Shown: positions 29,727 through 37,874 of the stretch, piece after piece
Numbering within the stretch: the stretch's first letter is position 1
How the letters are laid out: each line of letters begins with the position of its first letter
Assembly (NCBI GenBank): GCA_037443035.1
Contig: JBBIPC010000012.1
Coordinates: forward strand, 1 to 64,000
Origin: Chthonomonadales bacterium
GTDB lineage: Bacteria > Armatimonadota > Chthonomonadetes > Chthonomonadales > CAJBBX01
Direction: 5' to 3'
Length of the DNA: 64,000 nt
Program-made: the position numbers and the translations under genes
Notes under the pieces: model-generated
What the model was told of the DNA's origin: nothing
The model's database searches: none
The model's input: the letters and a program-made list of their open reading frames with translations, nothing else

Positions 29727-31427
29727 TCACTCGGACCTTGCCTCACCTCCGAATTCCAGTTGGACACCCTTTCGCTTCGGCCCAGTGAAGATCCCGGCCT
29801 TCACCTTCTGGCCAGGCTCTAGACCGGATAGGATCTCCACGAAGTTATCTCCACGAAGGCCGGCAACGATCGTCTTCCGCTCGAACCGCACCGTCTTCTT
29901 CCCGTCTTTGGAGGTCTCCGTCGCCACCTGCACACTTGCGCCAGTGCCGTTACCTTCGACGGCATCCGCCGGAAGCCGAAGGACATTCTGTTTTCTTGCC
30001 ACGATAATGGAGCACCGGGCGCTCATGCCCGGTCGAAGTGCTTCTGTCGGGCGGTTCACCTCCACTTCCACAGCGAACCGGACCACGGCGCCCTCACCTC
30101 GTTGTAGGGCTGCCGAGCCCTCGACACCAATGGACGAAGGCGCCACCTTCTGAACTCGACCTGTGAACACGACGCCCCGGGCGCCATCCACGGTAATCTC
30201 CACTGGCAGACCGATCCGCACCTTCTGGACATCTACCTCGTTCACACTTGCCTTGATGAGCATCCGCGACAGATCCGCCACCTGCAAGACCGGAGTACCG
30301 GAGGAGAACGTGCTGACCCCACTGGTGATCAGTTCACCCTGTTCCACATAGCGCTTCGTTACCACACCAGACATGGTCGCCACGAGGCGCGTATCGTGCT
30401 GACGTACGAGCACCTCACGGAGCTGATTCTCCACCTGTGTCACCGCCGACCGCGCCTGCGCCACGTCATCTTCGCGCATCTTGTCCTGCCGTCGTCCCGA
30501 AAGCGCAGCGCGCAACTGAGCGCGTGCTTGCTCGAGCGCTGCCTTCGCGGCCTGGACATCGTCATCTCGCACACGGACTAGGCGCTCGCTGGTCTTCGCG
30601 CGATCCAGAGCCGCGCGTGCTTGCGCGACCCGTGCTTCGGCTTCAGCAATCTCCATGCGTTGTTGCTCTTCCAGCAGTTCCATGCGCTTTTTCGCCTGCG
30701 CCAGTCGCGATGCGGCAGCAGCCTGCTCGGAAACGGCAGCATCCACCGCCTGCTGAGACACAAAGCCTTTCTTCAAGAGTGAGCGCTGGCGCTCCAGGTG
30801 ACGCTCGGCTTGCTCATAGGCCGCCTTCGCCTCATCGAGGCCAGCCTGGGCCTGGACAAGAGCCTGGGGCTGGGTTGTCGTCTTCAGCAGGTCCAAGTTC
30901 TTCTGGGCGCTTTCCAACGACGCTTCGGCCTGTCGTACGTCACTGGACACAATCGCAGGCTGGCTCGCGCGCTCCGTCTCTGCTGACCGCAGCCGCGCTT
31001 CCGCCGACGCGACTGCCTCTTGTGCCTGCCGAATGAGGGAATCCGTCTGCTCCTTCTGATACGATACGTTCTTCAGGGCCTGTGCGAGACGTGCTCTGGC
31101 GCCGTACACCTGCGCTCGGATCTGCTCCACTTGGCTGTTGATTTCCGTCGGATCGATCTCCGCTAGCACTTGTCCCTTCACGACACGATCCCCCTCGTCC
31201 ACGTAGAGCTTCGCCAGCCGGCCGGCAACCTTCGACTTGATCTCCACCTTCTTGAGAGGCTCGATGGTTCCGGTTTCCACCACCTTGACCTCCACCACAC
31301 CTCGATCCACGACGGCTAGCCGCTCCGCTTTGGGGGGTTTCGCAGTCAATCGTCTGTAGCCCCAGTACCCAAGCCCACCGACTACCAAGACTGGGACAAG
31401 ACAACCAATGACCAGTTTCGCCCTCAT
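29727..31427 (-). CDS. MacA-like periplasmic adaptor subunit
   Basis: N-terminal TM, GTIEP..KVEIKSKVAG, long coiled-coil, VNEVDV and LRPGMSA motifs. Confidence 0.9.
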   Translation of the reverse strand: MRAKLVIGCLVPVLVVGGLGYWGYRRLTAKPPKAERLAVVDRGVVEVKVVETGTIEPLKKVEIKSKVAGRLAKLYVDEGDRVVKGQVLAEIDPTEINSQVEQIRAQVYGARARLAQALKNVSYQKEQTDSLIRQAQEAVASAEARLRSAETERASQPAIVSSDVRQAEASLESAQKNLDLLKTTTQPQALVQAQAGLDEAKAAYEQAERHLERQRSLLKKGFVSQQAVDAAVSEQAAAASRLAQAKKRMELLEEQQRMEIAEAEARVAQARAALDRAKTSERLVRVRDDDVQAAKAALEQARAQLRAALSGRRQDKMREDDVAQARSAVTQVENQLREVLVRQHDTRLVATMSGVVTKRYVEQGELITSGVSTFSSGTPVLQVADLSRMLIKASVNEVDVQKVRIGLPVEITVDGARGVVFTGRVQKVAPSSIGVEGSAALQRGEGAVVRFAVEVEVNRPTEALRPGMSARCSIIVARKQNVLRLPADAVEGNGTGASVQVATETSKDGKKTVRFERKTIVAGLRGDNFVEILSGLEPGQKVKAGIFTGPKRKGVQLEFGGEARSE

Positions 31428-31850
31428 ACTCACTCTCTGATCAGGATAACATGGCCGCTCCAGCGAGCACCATGCCCGCACGCATTACGGTGCCGCTCGC
31501 AGCCGGGTTTCGAGCATCGCTGGAGCGGTATACGACGGCCGTCGCGGTTCTCCTGCCATCTCTAGGGAACGGCGTATCACGCTGACGCTCGACGGCTGGC
31601 GTCGGTGCTGATGTATGTAGCGGCGCGACATGGCGCTCCCAGTGCGGCAATCATGATAAGCGCATGGGTCGCGCCAAACGAAGACGGCCTCCAGGACACC
31701 AGCATCTGTCCCGGTACGGATATCGTCGACAACCAGCCAACCTTCCCGGGCACACACGATCCACCAGTCTGAGCTGCCCTGGCGATGCCTTCCGCTATCC
31801 GACACAAGCTGGTGGGACCACTCCTTCGTCCTTGACGCACCTTGCATACG

Positions 31851-31880
31851 TTGACTCTGCGGGCGCTCGCGGGCTATGAT
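31851..31880 (+). promoter_or_regulatory. Sigma70-like promoter
   Basis: TTGACT, 18 nt, TATGAT upstream of ATG 31903. Confidence 0.5.
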
Positions 31881-31902
31881 AAGCGGCCCTGAGCGAGAGA
31901 AG

Positions 31903-32187
31903 ATGAGATTGAGACTTCGATACTTCAACAGCTTCATACTGAGCGGCATTGCCCTGCTGGGTATTGCTATCGTAGGCGTGTTCAAGGGCAATCGCTGGCT
32001 TTCGGAACCTGGTATGCCCGAGAATCCTTACGGCTGGCAGATATATCTGCTAGCTTCGATCATCATGTTCATCAACGGGTTCGTATCTATTCGCACGGCT
32101 CGACAGGCGGAGGCAGAACGCGCTGCCGCATCCGCGGTCGCAGCTCAGGATTCCAAGGCAGCTAACGCGGTCCAACGGAGCGACTAG
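31903..32187 (+). CDS. Small two-TM membrane protein
   Basis: Two hydrophobic helices and an Ala-rich tail; closely followed by the next ORF. Confidence 0.65.
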   Translation: MRLRLRYFNSFILSGIALLGIAIVGVFKGNRWLSEPGMPENPYGWQIYLLASIIMFINGFVSIRTARQAEAERAAASAVAAQDSKAANAVQRSD

Positions 32188-32190
32188 ACC

Positions 32191-32496
32191 ATGCCGAAAG
32201 AGAAGGTCCATAGAACCCAGGTCACATGTGAGGAGTGCGGCAACCCCATACCCTCCATCCCGTCGTGGCTGAGTACCGCTCGTGTGCAGTTCGAGTGCGA
32301 GGAATGCCGCCAGCGACAGGCAGGAAAAACGGCTTTCCACGAGGCACCGCCTCTTGCAGACGACATGCCACCCGTACTGCCCGACGAGGAGTTCCTGGAC
32401 GAAGAGGAAATGGACGAGGAGGAGCTGGACGTCGAGCCAGCAGAGACTGATGCGGAAGTAGAGCCGGACCTCGCAGAAGAACCGTTCTCAGAGTAG
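32191..32496 (+). CDS. Small zinc-ribbon protein with acidic tail
   Basis: CEEC-x17-CEEC followed by a D/E-rich C-terminus. Confidence 0.7.
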   Translation: MPKEKVHRTQVTCEECGNPIPSIPSWLSTARVQFECEECRQRQAGKTAFHEAPPLADDMPPVLPDEEFLDEEEMDEEELDVEPAETDAEVEPDLAEEPFSE

Positions 32497-32509
32497 CCAC
32501 AGGCCCTGC

Positions 32510-32740
32510 TCAAGGGCCTTTCGTCCGTTTCTCGCGCGGAGGTCGTTGCTCGGCGTAGATCTCCGCAAGCGCCGCATATGGATCCAGGGGAGCACCCTTG
32601 CGGGCTTCCAGCTCCTCTTCGAACTCCGCGATTCTACGGTTCAGCCGGCGGACGGAATGGGCCACGAACCACAGGCACACGGCGGTTAGAACGGTTCCTA
32701 CGCCGAGCACCACGTAGCGGAGCCAGCTTGGCACGTCCAC
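32510..32740 (-). CDS. Small single-TM protein
   Basis: GAGGT RBS before GTG, one TM segment, coiled-coil, DPYAALAEIY. Confidence 0.65.
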   Translation of the reverse strand: MDVPSWLRYVVLGVGTVLTAVCLWFVAHSVRRLNRRIAEFEEELEARKGAPLDPYAALAEIYAEQRPPREKRTKGP

Positions 32741-32753
32741 GATCTACCTCGCA

Positions 32754-33311
32754 CTAGAGTCCCAAGTCCGCCGCGACGCTGCACATCGCCGTGATGCAGT
32801 GCTGGATGTGCTCATCCAGCGGAATGCCTAGCTCCTCGGCGCCCCGGACAATGTCTTCCCGTGAGACGGAACGTGCGAAAGCCTTATCTTTCATCTTCTT
32901 CCGCACGGACGTCACCTCCACATCGGCGATCTTCCTCGAAGGACGCACGTATGCCACGGCTGTCAGGAAGCCACAAAGCTCGTCCACCGCATAAAGCGTC
33001 TTGGCCATCAGGTTCTCCCGTGGGATGCCCGTGTATTCCGCATGGCTGCCAATAGCCGCAACGATCTCCTCGGGCCAACCCCGCTCCCGTAGTATGGCCA
33101 TGCCCTGGTTCGGATGGTCGGGCGCTTGCGGCCATCGTTCGTAGTCGAAGTCGTGGACAAGGCCGACGGCACCCCACAGTTCGGGGTCCTCACCGAACAC
33201 CGTGGCGTAGTGGCGCATGGCAGCTTCCACCGCAAGCGCATGCTTGATCAGACTGTCGCTCGACGTGTATTCCGTCAGGAGCTGCCATGCTGCCGTTCGA
33301 TCAACATTCAT
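32754..33311 (-). CDS. HD/HDIG domain metal-dependent phosphohydrolase
   Basis: KHALAVEA, LVHDFDYE, AVDELCG and KDKAFARSVSR motifs. Confidence 0.9.
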   Translation of the reverse strand: MNVDRTAAWQLLTEYTSSDSLIKHALAVEAAMRHYATVFGEDPELWGAVGLVHDFDYERWPQAPDHPNQGMAILRERGWPEEIVAAIGSHAEYTGIPRENLMAKTLYAVDELCGFLTAVAYVRPSRKIADVEVTSVRKKMKDKAFARSVSREDIVRGAEELGIPLDEHIQHCITAMCSVAADLGL

Positions 33312-33353
33312 CTGCGTTCGTCCTTTCGACAGGTGCGTGCCACACGAGACGCA

Positions 33354-34136
33354 TCACATGCCCATGATGTTGTAGCCCGCATCAACGAAGAGTGTCTCGC
33401 CGGTAATGCCACGCGCAAGCGGACTGAGGAGGAACATGGCTGCATCACCGACCTCATCGGCGCTTACCCGGCGCCGGAGCGGGCAGCGCTCGGCGACCTG
33501 CTCCAGCATCGAGCTGAACCCCTGAATGCCCTGGGCCGCCAAGGTCTTGATGGGCCCGGCGGAGACAGCGTTCACCCGAATGTTGTCCGGTCCCAGATCA
33601 TAGGCAAGGTACCGCAGGCTCGATTCGAGTGCGGCCTTGCAGACGCCCATGACATTATAGCGAGGGACGACTCGCTCGCCGCCAAGGTAAGTAAGCGTCA
33701 CGATGGCGCCGCCCTCTGCGGCCTTCATGAGATCCCGCGCACCCCGGGCTAACGTAACTAGGGTATACACACTGCTCTCCATGGCGACTGCGAATGCTTC
33801 GCCGGAGGTCGAGATAAAGTCGCCGCTCAGAGCTTCGCGTGGTGCGAACGCAATGCTGTGGACGAGACCATGGAGCTTTCCGCCAAACGTCTCACCTACC
33901 TGTACGAACAGGCGGTCCACGTCTTCGGGTTTCGTCGCGTCGCACTGGAAAACGGGCACCGCCGGCAAGCCGGCATCGGCAACGAGGTTCCGTACCTCCC
34001 GCTCTTCCCTGTCACCGAATACGGAAAAGGCCAGCACAGCTCCTTCGCGCATCAGGGATTCGGCGCAATGCCAACCGATGCTGTATCTGTTCCGCGCGCC
34101 TGTCACCAGCACGCAACGACCATCCATCAGTCCCAT
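33354..34136 (-). CDS. fabI: Enoyl-ACP reductase
   Basis: SIGW, VHSIAFAP, YNVMGVCKAALE and SAGPIKTLAA motifs. Confidence 0.95.
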   Translation of the reverse strand: MGLMDGRCVLVTGARNRYSIGWHCAESLMREGAVLAFSVFGDREEREVRNLVADAGLPAVPVFQCDATKPEDVDRLFVQVGETFGGKLHGLVHSIAFAPREALSGDFISTSGEAFAVAMESSVYTLVTLARGARDLMKAAEGGAIVTLTYLGGERVVPRYNVMGVCKAALESSLRYLAYDLGPDNIRVNAVSAGPIKTLAAQGIQGFSSMLEQVAERCPLRRRVSADEVGDAAMFLLSPLARGITGETLFVDAGYNIMGM

Positions 34137-34157
34137 GGGTATTCCTCCTGTTCTGAG

Positions 34158-35195
34158 TCAGGCTACGTCGGGCGTTCGACGCATCCTCGGCGCTAGCCCG
34201 AGTTCCGCCCTGTACGGCGCACGTAGCGCGTCCAGGCGCTCGGCGACACGCTGAACCACCGCATCGTCATAGGGCGGCGTGCCGCTTCGGTCGTACGGCA
34301 GGATCGGATAGCCGCAACGAGCGAAGTACTGCTTCAGGGCGACAGAGCTGTCCAATCCAGCTGTAGCGCGTAACCCCTCCCAAACGTCTGCCATGGCCAG
34401 TTCAGCGCCGTCACAGTCGCCGGCGCGTTCCCGTTTCTCCGCAACAGCCAGGATCTCGGGGTAACCATTGCATCCCTGACCAATGACGCCCACGGCACCC
34501 TGTCGCAAGCCGGCCACATAATACCCCTCGTGCCCGCAGATGAGCGCGAAAGGACGGCGGCGAGCTACCTCGGCAATGGGACCGAACACTGCGTCGTCCG
34601 TGGTCGAGAGCTTCAGACCAGCGATACGCGGCAGCTCGAGGAGCCGTTCCATGAGACGGGCTGTGAGACGGTAGGGTTCAGGGATGCCGCCAGGCTGGTA
34701 GAGGATGATCGGAAGGTTCGTGGCGTCGTGGACCGTCTTGTAGTAACGCAGGACGAGTTCACTATGCGGTTCGGAACCACGCGGCCGGATGGCAGCAGGC
34801 AGTACGTGCACAGCTCCATCGGCACCTAGCTCGCGTGCAAAGTCCGTTAGCTCGATAGCTTGGCTCGTGTAGGTGTCTTCGTCTGCGTACCCGCCTTGCT
34901 CTCGATTCCGCCATTCCCCCCCAGCTCCCACTAGCAGGCCCATGCGGCCAGCGATGGCGCTGTGGACCAGGCGGGCGAACCGCTCGACCTCCTCCACCGT
35001 GAAAGTGAACATCTTGCCCATGCCACTGCGGGCGAAGACCGTTCTGACGCAGCCGCAATCCGCGAGCCACTCCACCATCGCCCGCGTGCCGGTTTCGTCG
35101 AGGGAACCATCCGCGTTCACGGGCGTGTACATTGGCGCAATTACACCCGTGAACGCGGACAGAACCTGGCTTGCTTGACCTGTTTCGGATCGCAT
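34158..35195 (-). CDS. Dihydrodipicolinate synthase/N-acetylneuraminate lyase family aldolase (start uncertain)
   Basis: GVIAPMYTP...DG.LD, LPIILYQ (Tyr) and IAGLKLS (Schiff-base Lys). Confidence 0.8.
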   Translation of the reverse strand: MRSETGQASQVLSAFTGVIAPMYTPVNADGSLDETGTRAMVEWLADCGCVRTVFARSGMGKMFTFTVEEVERFARLVHSAIAGRMGLLVGAGGEWRNREQGGYADEDTYTSQAIELTDFARELGADGAVHVLPAAIRPRGSEPHSELVLRYYKTVHDATNLPIILYQPGGIPEPYRLTARLMERLLELPRIAGLKLSTTDDAVFGPIAEVARRRPFALICGHEGYYVAGLRQGAVGVIGQGCNGYPEILAVAEKRERAGDCDGAELAMADVWEGLRATAGLDSSVALKQYFARCGYPILPYDRSGTPPYDDAVVQRVAERLDALRAPYRAELGLAPRMRRTPDVA

Positions 35196-35204
35196 GGGTA
35201 TACT
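35175..35204 (+). promoter_or_regulatory. Promoter of the tRNA pair
   Basis: TTGACC, 18 nt, TATACT ending 12 nt before tRNA-Phe. Confidence 0.55.
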
Positions 35205-35216
35205 CCTATTCGTTGT

Positions 35217-35289
35217 GCCGCGGTAGCTCAGTTGGTAGAGCAGTGGACTGAAAATCCACGTGTCACTGGTTCAAGTCCGGTCCGCGGCA
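35217..35289 (+). tRNA. tRNA-Phe (GAA), CCA not encoded
   Basis: Acceptor stem GCCGCGG/CCGCGGC, D-arm AGCTCAGTTGGTAGAGC, anticodon arm GTGGA-CTGAAAA-TCCAC, T-loop GGTTCAAGTCC. Confidence 0.97.
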
Positions 35290-35297
35290 CTGGATGG

Positions 35298-35369
35298 GCC
35301 GACGTGGCTCAGTGGTAGAGCAGCTCACTCGTAATGAGCAGGTCCGCGGTTCGAATCCGCGCGTCGGCT
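35298..35369 (+). tRNA. tRNA-Thr (CGT), CCA not encoded
   Basis: Acceptor stem GCCGACG/CGTCGGC, anticodon arm GCTCA-CTCGTAA-TGAGC, T-loop GGTTCGAATCC. Confidence 0.97.
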
Positions 35370-35417
35370 GGATGCACCAGGGACACGCGCGTGCGTGTCC
35401 CTTCGTCATTCTCGCGC

Positions 35418-36785
35418 TCAATGCGAGTCCACCAGAGCTCGAACGATCTTCTCCATCGCCATTGCCCGAGATCCCTTGACCAGTACGATATCTCCGGCCT
35501 CCAATAGCTCGTCTAGCACTTGCGCGGCTTCATCCGTCGTCGAGCAGGCATGCTTGGTTGTCACCGGCGCAGTTTCCGCGATCCGACGGGCGTCTGCACC
35601 TACTGTCACCAGGACCGCGATAGCCTCCATCTCGGGCAATCGTCCCAGCGCAGCATGAGCGTCGGCTGCGTAGTCTCCAAGCTCTCTCATGTCCCCCAAT
35701 ACCGCAACCGCGCGTCGGCCGCCGGAAGATGCCATGCTCACTAGCGTTCGCAGGGCAGCACGCACAGAGTCTGGCGCGGCATTGTACGTATCATCGAGCA
35801 CAATCGGGCCTCTCGGCGTCTGGCGGACGGTCATGCGCTGCTCTGGTTGGACCCAGCTACGCAGTTGGTGCGAAGCTTCCTCCAGGGTGACACCTAGGGC
35901 GTAGCCGACAGCACACGCGGCAGAAGCATCCACGGCCAGGTGGAGTCCAGGCGTCTGGACGACGAAGGGAACGCCATTCACGGCGAACTCGGTCTGAGCA
36001 GTCGAGGAGATGACGACGCCGTGACACCGGAAGTCGGCGTCCCCTGCCACGCCGAAAGTGATCACCCTGCGTCCAGGTACAGCGGACGCACGCAGGCACA
36101 GGAAGGTGCGGTACGCATCGTCGGCGGGTAGGATCGCCACTCCCCCATCTGGAAGGGCGTCGAAGAGCTCGGCTTTCGCGTCAGCGATAGCGTCCTGGCT
36201 TCCCAGCAACTCCATGTGCGATACGCCGACGTTCGTGATGACGCCAATCTCTGGTCTCGCGATGCCCGCCAGATAGGCGATTTGTCCCTTGCCCCGCATC
36301 GCCATCTCGAGAACCGCAGCTGTGTGCTGTCGCTCTACGTTGAGGATGGTTAGCGGCAGTCCGATCTCGTTGTTGTAGTTGCGAGCGGATTCACACACCG
36401 TGTACCGGGCCGAGAGCACGGTGGCTATCATGGACCGCACGGTCGTCTTCCCTACGCTACCCGTCACAGCCACGCGAGCTGCCTGCAGGCGCCCGATATA
36501 CGCCCGGGCCAGATCGCCCAGCGCCTTCAAGGTGTCCTGCACAACGAGTTGCGGCAACTTCGTGGCGCCGACGGGATGGTCTACGACGACTGCCGCCGCC
36601 CCGTTCTCTTCCGCCTGTCGGACGTAGAGATGTCCGTCCGTGCGTTCTCCCCGTAGCGCAAAGAAGACGCGTCTTCGGCACTCGCTCCTCGTATCCGTGC
36701 ACACCCCTTCAACCAAGGGGTTCTCGCTCGGCACGACGGCCACACTTAGAGCGGCCGCTATATCGCGCAAGGTCATCGGTTCCAT
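35418..36785 (-). CDS. murF: UDP-MurNAc-tripeptide--D-Ala-D-Ala ligase
   Basis: AVTGSVGKTT, NYNNEIGLP, DDTYNAAP, LGDMRELG and VKGSR motifs. Confidence 0.95.
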   Translation of the reverse strand: MEPMTLRDIAAALSVAVVPSENPLVEGVCTDTRSECRRRVFFALRGERTDGHLYVRQAEENGAAAVVVDHPVGATKLPQLVVQDTLKALGDLARAYIGRLQAARVAVTGSVGKTTVRSMIATVLSARYTVCESARNYNNEIGLPLTILNVERQHTAAVLEMAMRGKGQIAYLAGIARPEIGVITNVGVSHMELLGSQDAIADAKAELFDALPDGGVAILPADDAYRTFLCLRASAVPGRRVITFGVAGDADFRCHGVVISSTAQTEFAVNGVPFVVQTPGLHLAVDASAACAVGYALGVTLEEASHQLRSWVQPEQRMTVRQTPRGPIVLDDTYNAAPDSVRAALRTLVSMASSGGRRAVAVLGDMRELGDYAADAHAALGRLPEMEAIAVLVTVGADARRIAETAPVTTKHACSTTDEAAQVLDELLEAGDIVLVKGSRAMAMEKIVRALVDSH

Positions 36786-36863
36786 GGGCGGCCTTCGAGT
36801 GCTACCATGAGAAAGGCACCAGCAGGCAAGTCCTCGGTGCCAGCGAGTTTCCTCGGAGGAAGT

Positions 36864-37874
36864 ATGTTGCCAAAGCTACGCGTAGCAGTGCTCATGGGTG
36901 GGATTTCCGGCGAGCGGCAGATCTCTATCTCGACGGGTCGTCAGATTCTGGCCGCCCTCGATCCCGATAAGTATATCACGGTGGCAGCGGACCCGGCATC
37001 TCTCCAGGTCAGTGGTCGCAGCCTTCTGCCTCAGGACGACGATGCCATTCCACCTCTTCACATCGAGGACTGGATATCCGGCGCCAATCGGCCGGACGTA
37101 GTCTTCATTGCTCTTCATGGTCGCGGAGGAGAGGATGGAGCGATCCAGGGGCTTCTCGAGCTCCTGGGAATCCCCTACACCGGCTCGGGAGTTCTCGCCA
37201 GCGCCATGGCGATGGACAAGGTCATGACGAAGCGTGTACTGCGCAGCGACGGCATACCTGTACCAGAGGATCTGGTCATTGGCCCCGGGCAGCAGCACCC
37301 CGTACAACTGACGCAACGTGTAGGTGACACGCTGGGGTACCCGGTAATCGTCAAACCAAGTCGCGAAGGAAGTACCATCGGCTGCTCCATTGTCCGTGCT
37401 CCCGACGAGCTTGCGCCTGCTGTGGACGAAGCTTTGCGATACGACAGCGACGTAATCATCGAGACCTACCTGCGCGGCGTGGAGATCACCGCCGGCCTCA
37501 TCGGCAACAGGAATCCCGAAGTGCTTCCGCTCATCGAGATCGTGCCAAAGGGTGGCTTCTATGACTTCGAGGCCAAGTACGCCCCAGGTGGCAGCCAACA
37601 CATCATCCCTGCGCGGATCTCCGGCCAAGCCGCGGAGTTAGCTCGCGATTACGCCAGACGGACGCATTGCCTCTTGGGTTGCCATGGCATGTCTCGCGTA
37701 GACATGATCGTCGTCGGCGATCAGCCCTATGTGCTGGAGACGAATACCATCCCTGGCATGACACCCACGAGCCTCCTGCCAGATGCAGCACGTGCCGCGG
37801 GTATCACGTTTCCCGAGCTCCTCGACAGGATCATTCAACTGGCCATCGAGAACTGCGTGTCGGATGCAGGCTAG
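36864..37874 (+). CDS. ddl: D-alanine--D-alanine ligase
   Basis: MGGISGER, ALHGRGGEDG, KPSREGS, YDFEAKY and ETNTIPGMT motifs; GGAGG RBS before ATG 36864. Confidence 0.95.
   Translation: MLPKLRVAVLMGGISGERQISISTGRQILAALDPDKYITVAADPASLQVSGRSLLPQDDDAIPPLHIEDWISGANRPDVVFIALHGRGGEDGAIQGLLELLGIPYTGSGVLASAMAMDKVMTKRVLRSDGIPVPEDLVIGPGQQHPVQLTQRVGDTLGYPVIVKPSREGSTIGCSIVRAPDELAPAVDEALRYDSDVIIETYLRGVEITAGLIGNRNPEVLPLIEIVPKGGFYDFEAKYAPGGSQHIIPARISGQAAELARDYARRTHCLLGCHGMSRVDMIVVGDQPYVLETNTIPGMTPTSLLPDAARAAGITFPELLDRIIQLAIENCVSDAG

Noticed and set aside
31430..31850. ORFs or ncRNA in the long divergent intergenic region
   Set aside because: The ORFs lack recognisable motifs or RBS, and I could not identify a convincing structured RNA.
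35217..35420. Integrative element at the tRNA genes
   Set aside because: No integrase and no duplicated tRNA 3' end; murF follows directly.
37550..37590. Vancomycin-resistance-type D-Ala-D-Lac ligase
   Set aside because: The omega loop YDFEAKY keeps the KY of ordinary D-Ala-D-Ala ligases, and no van genes are present.
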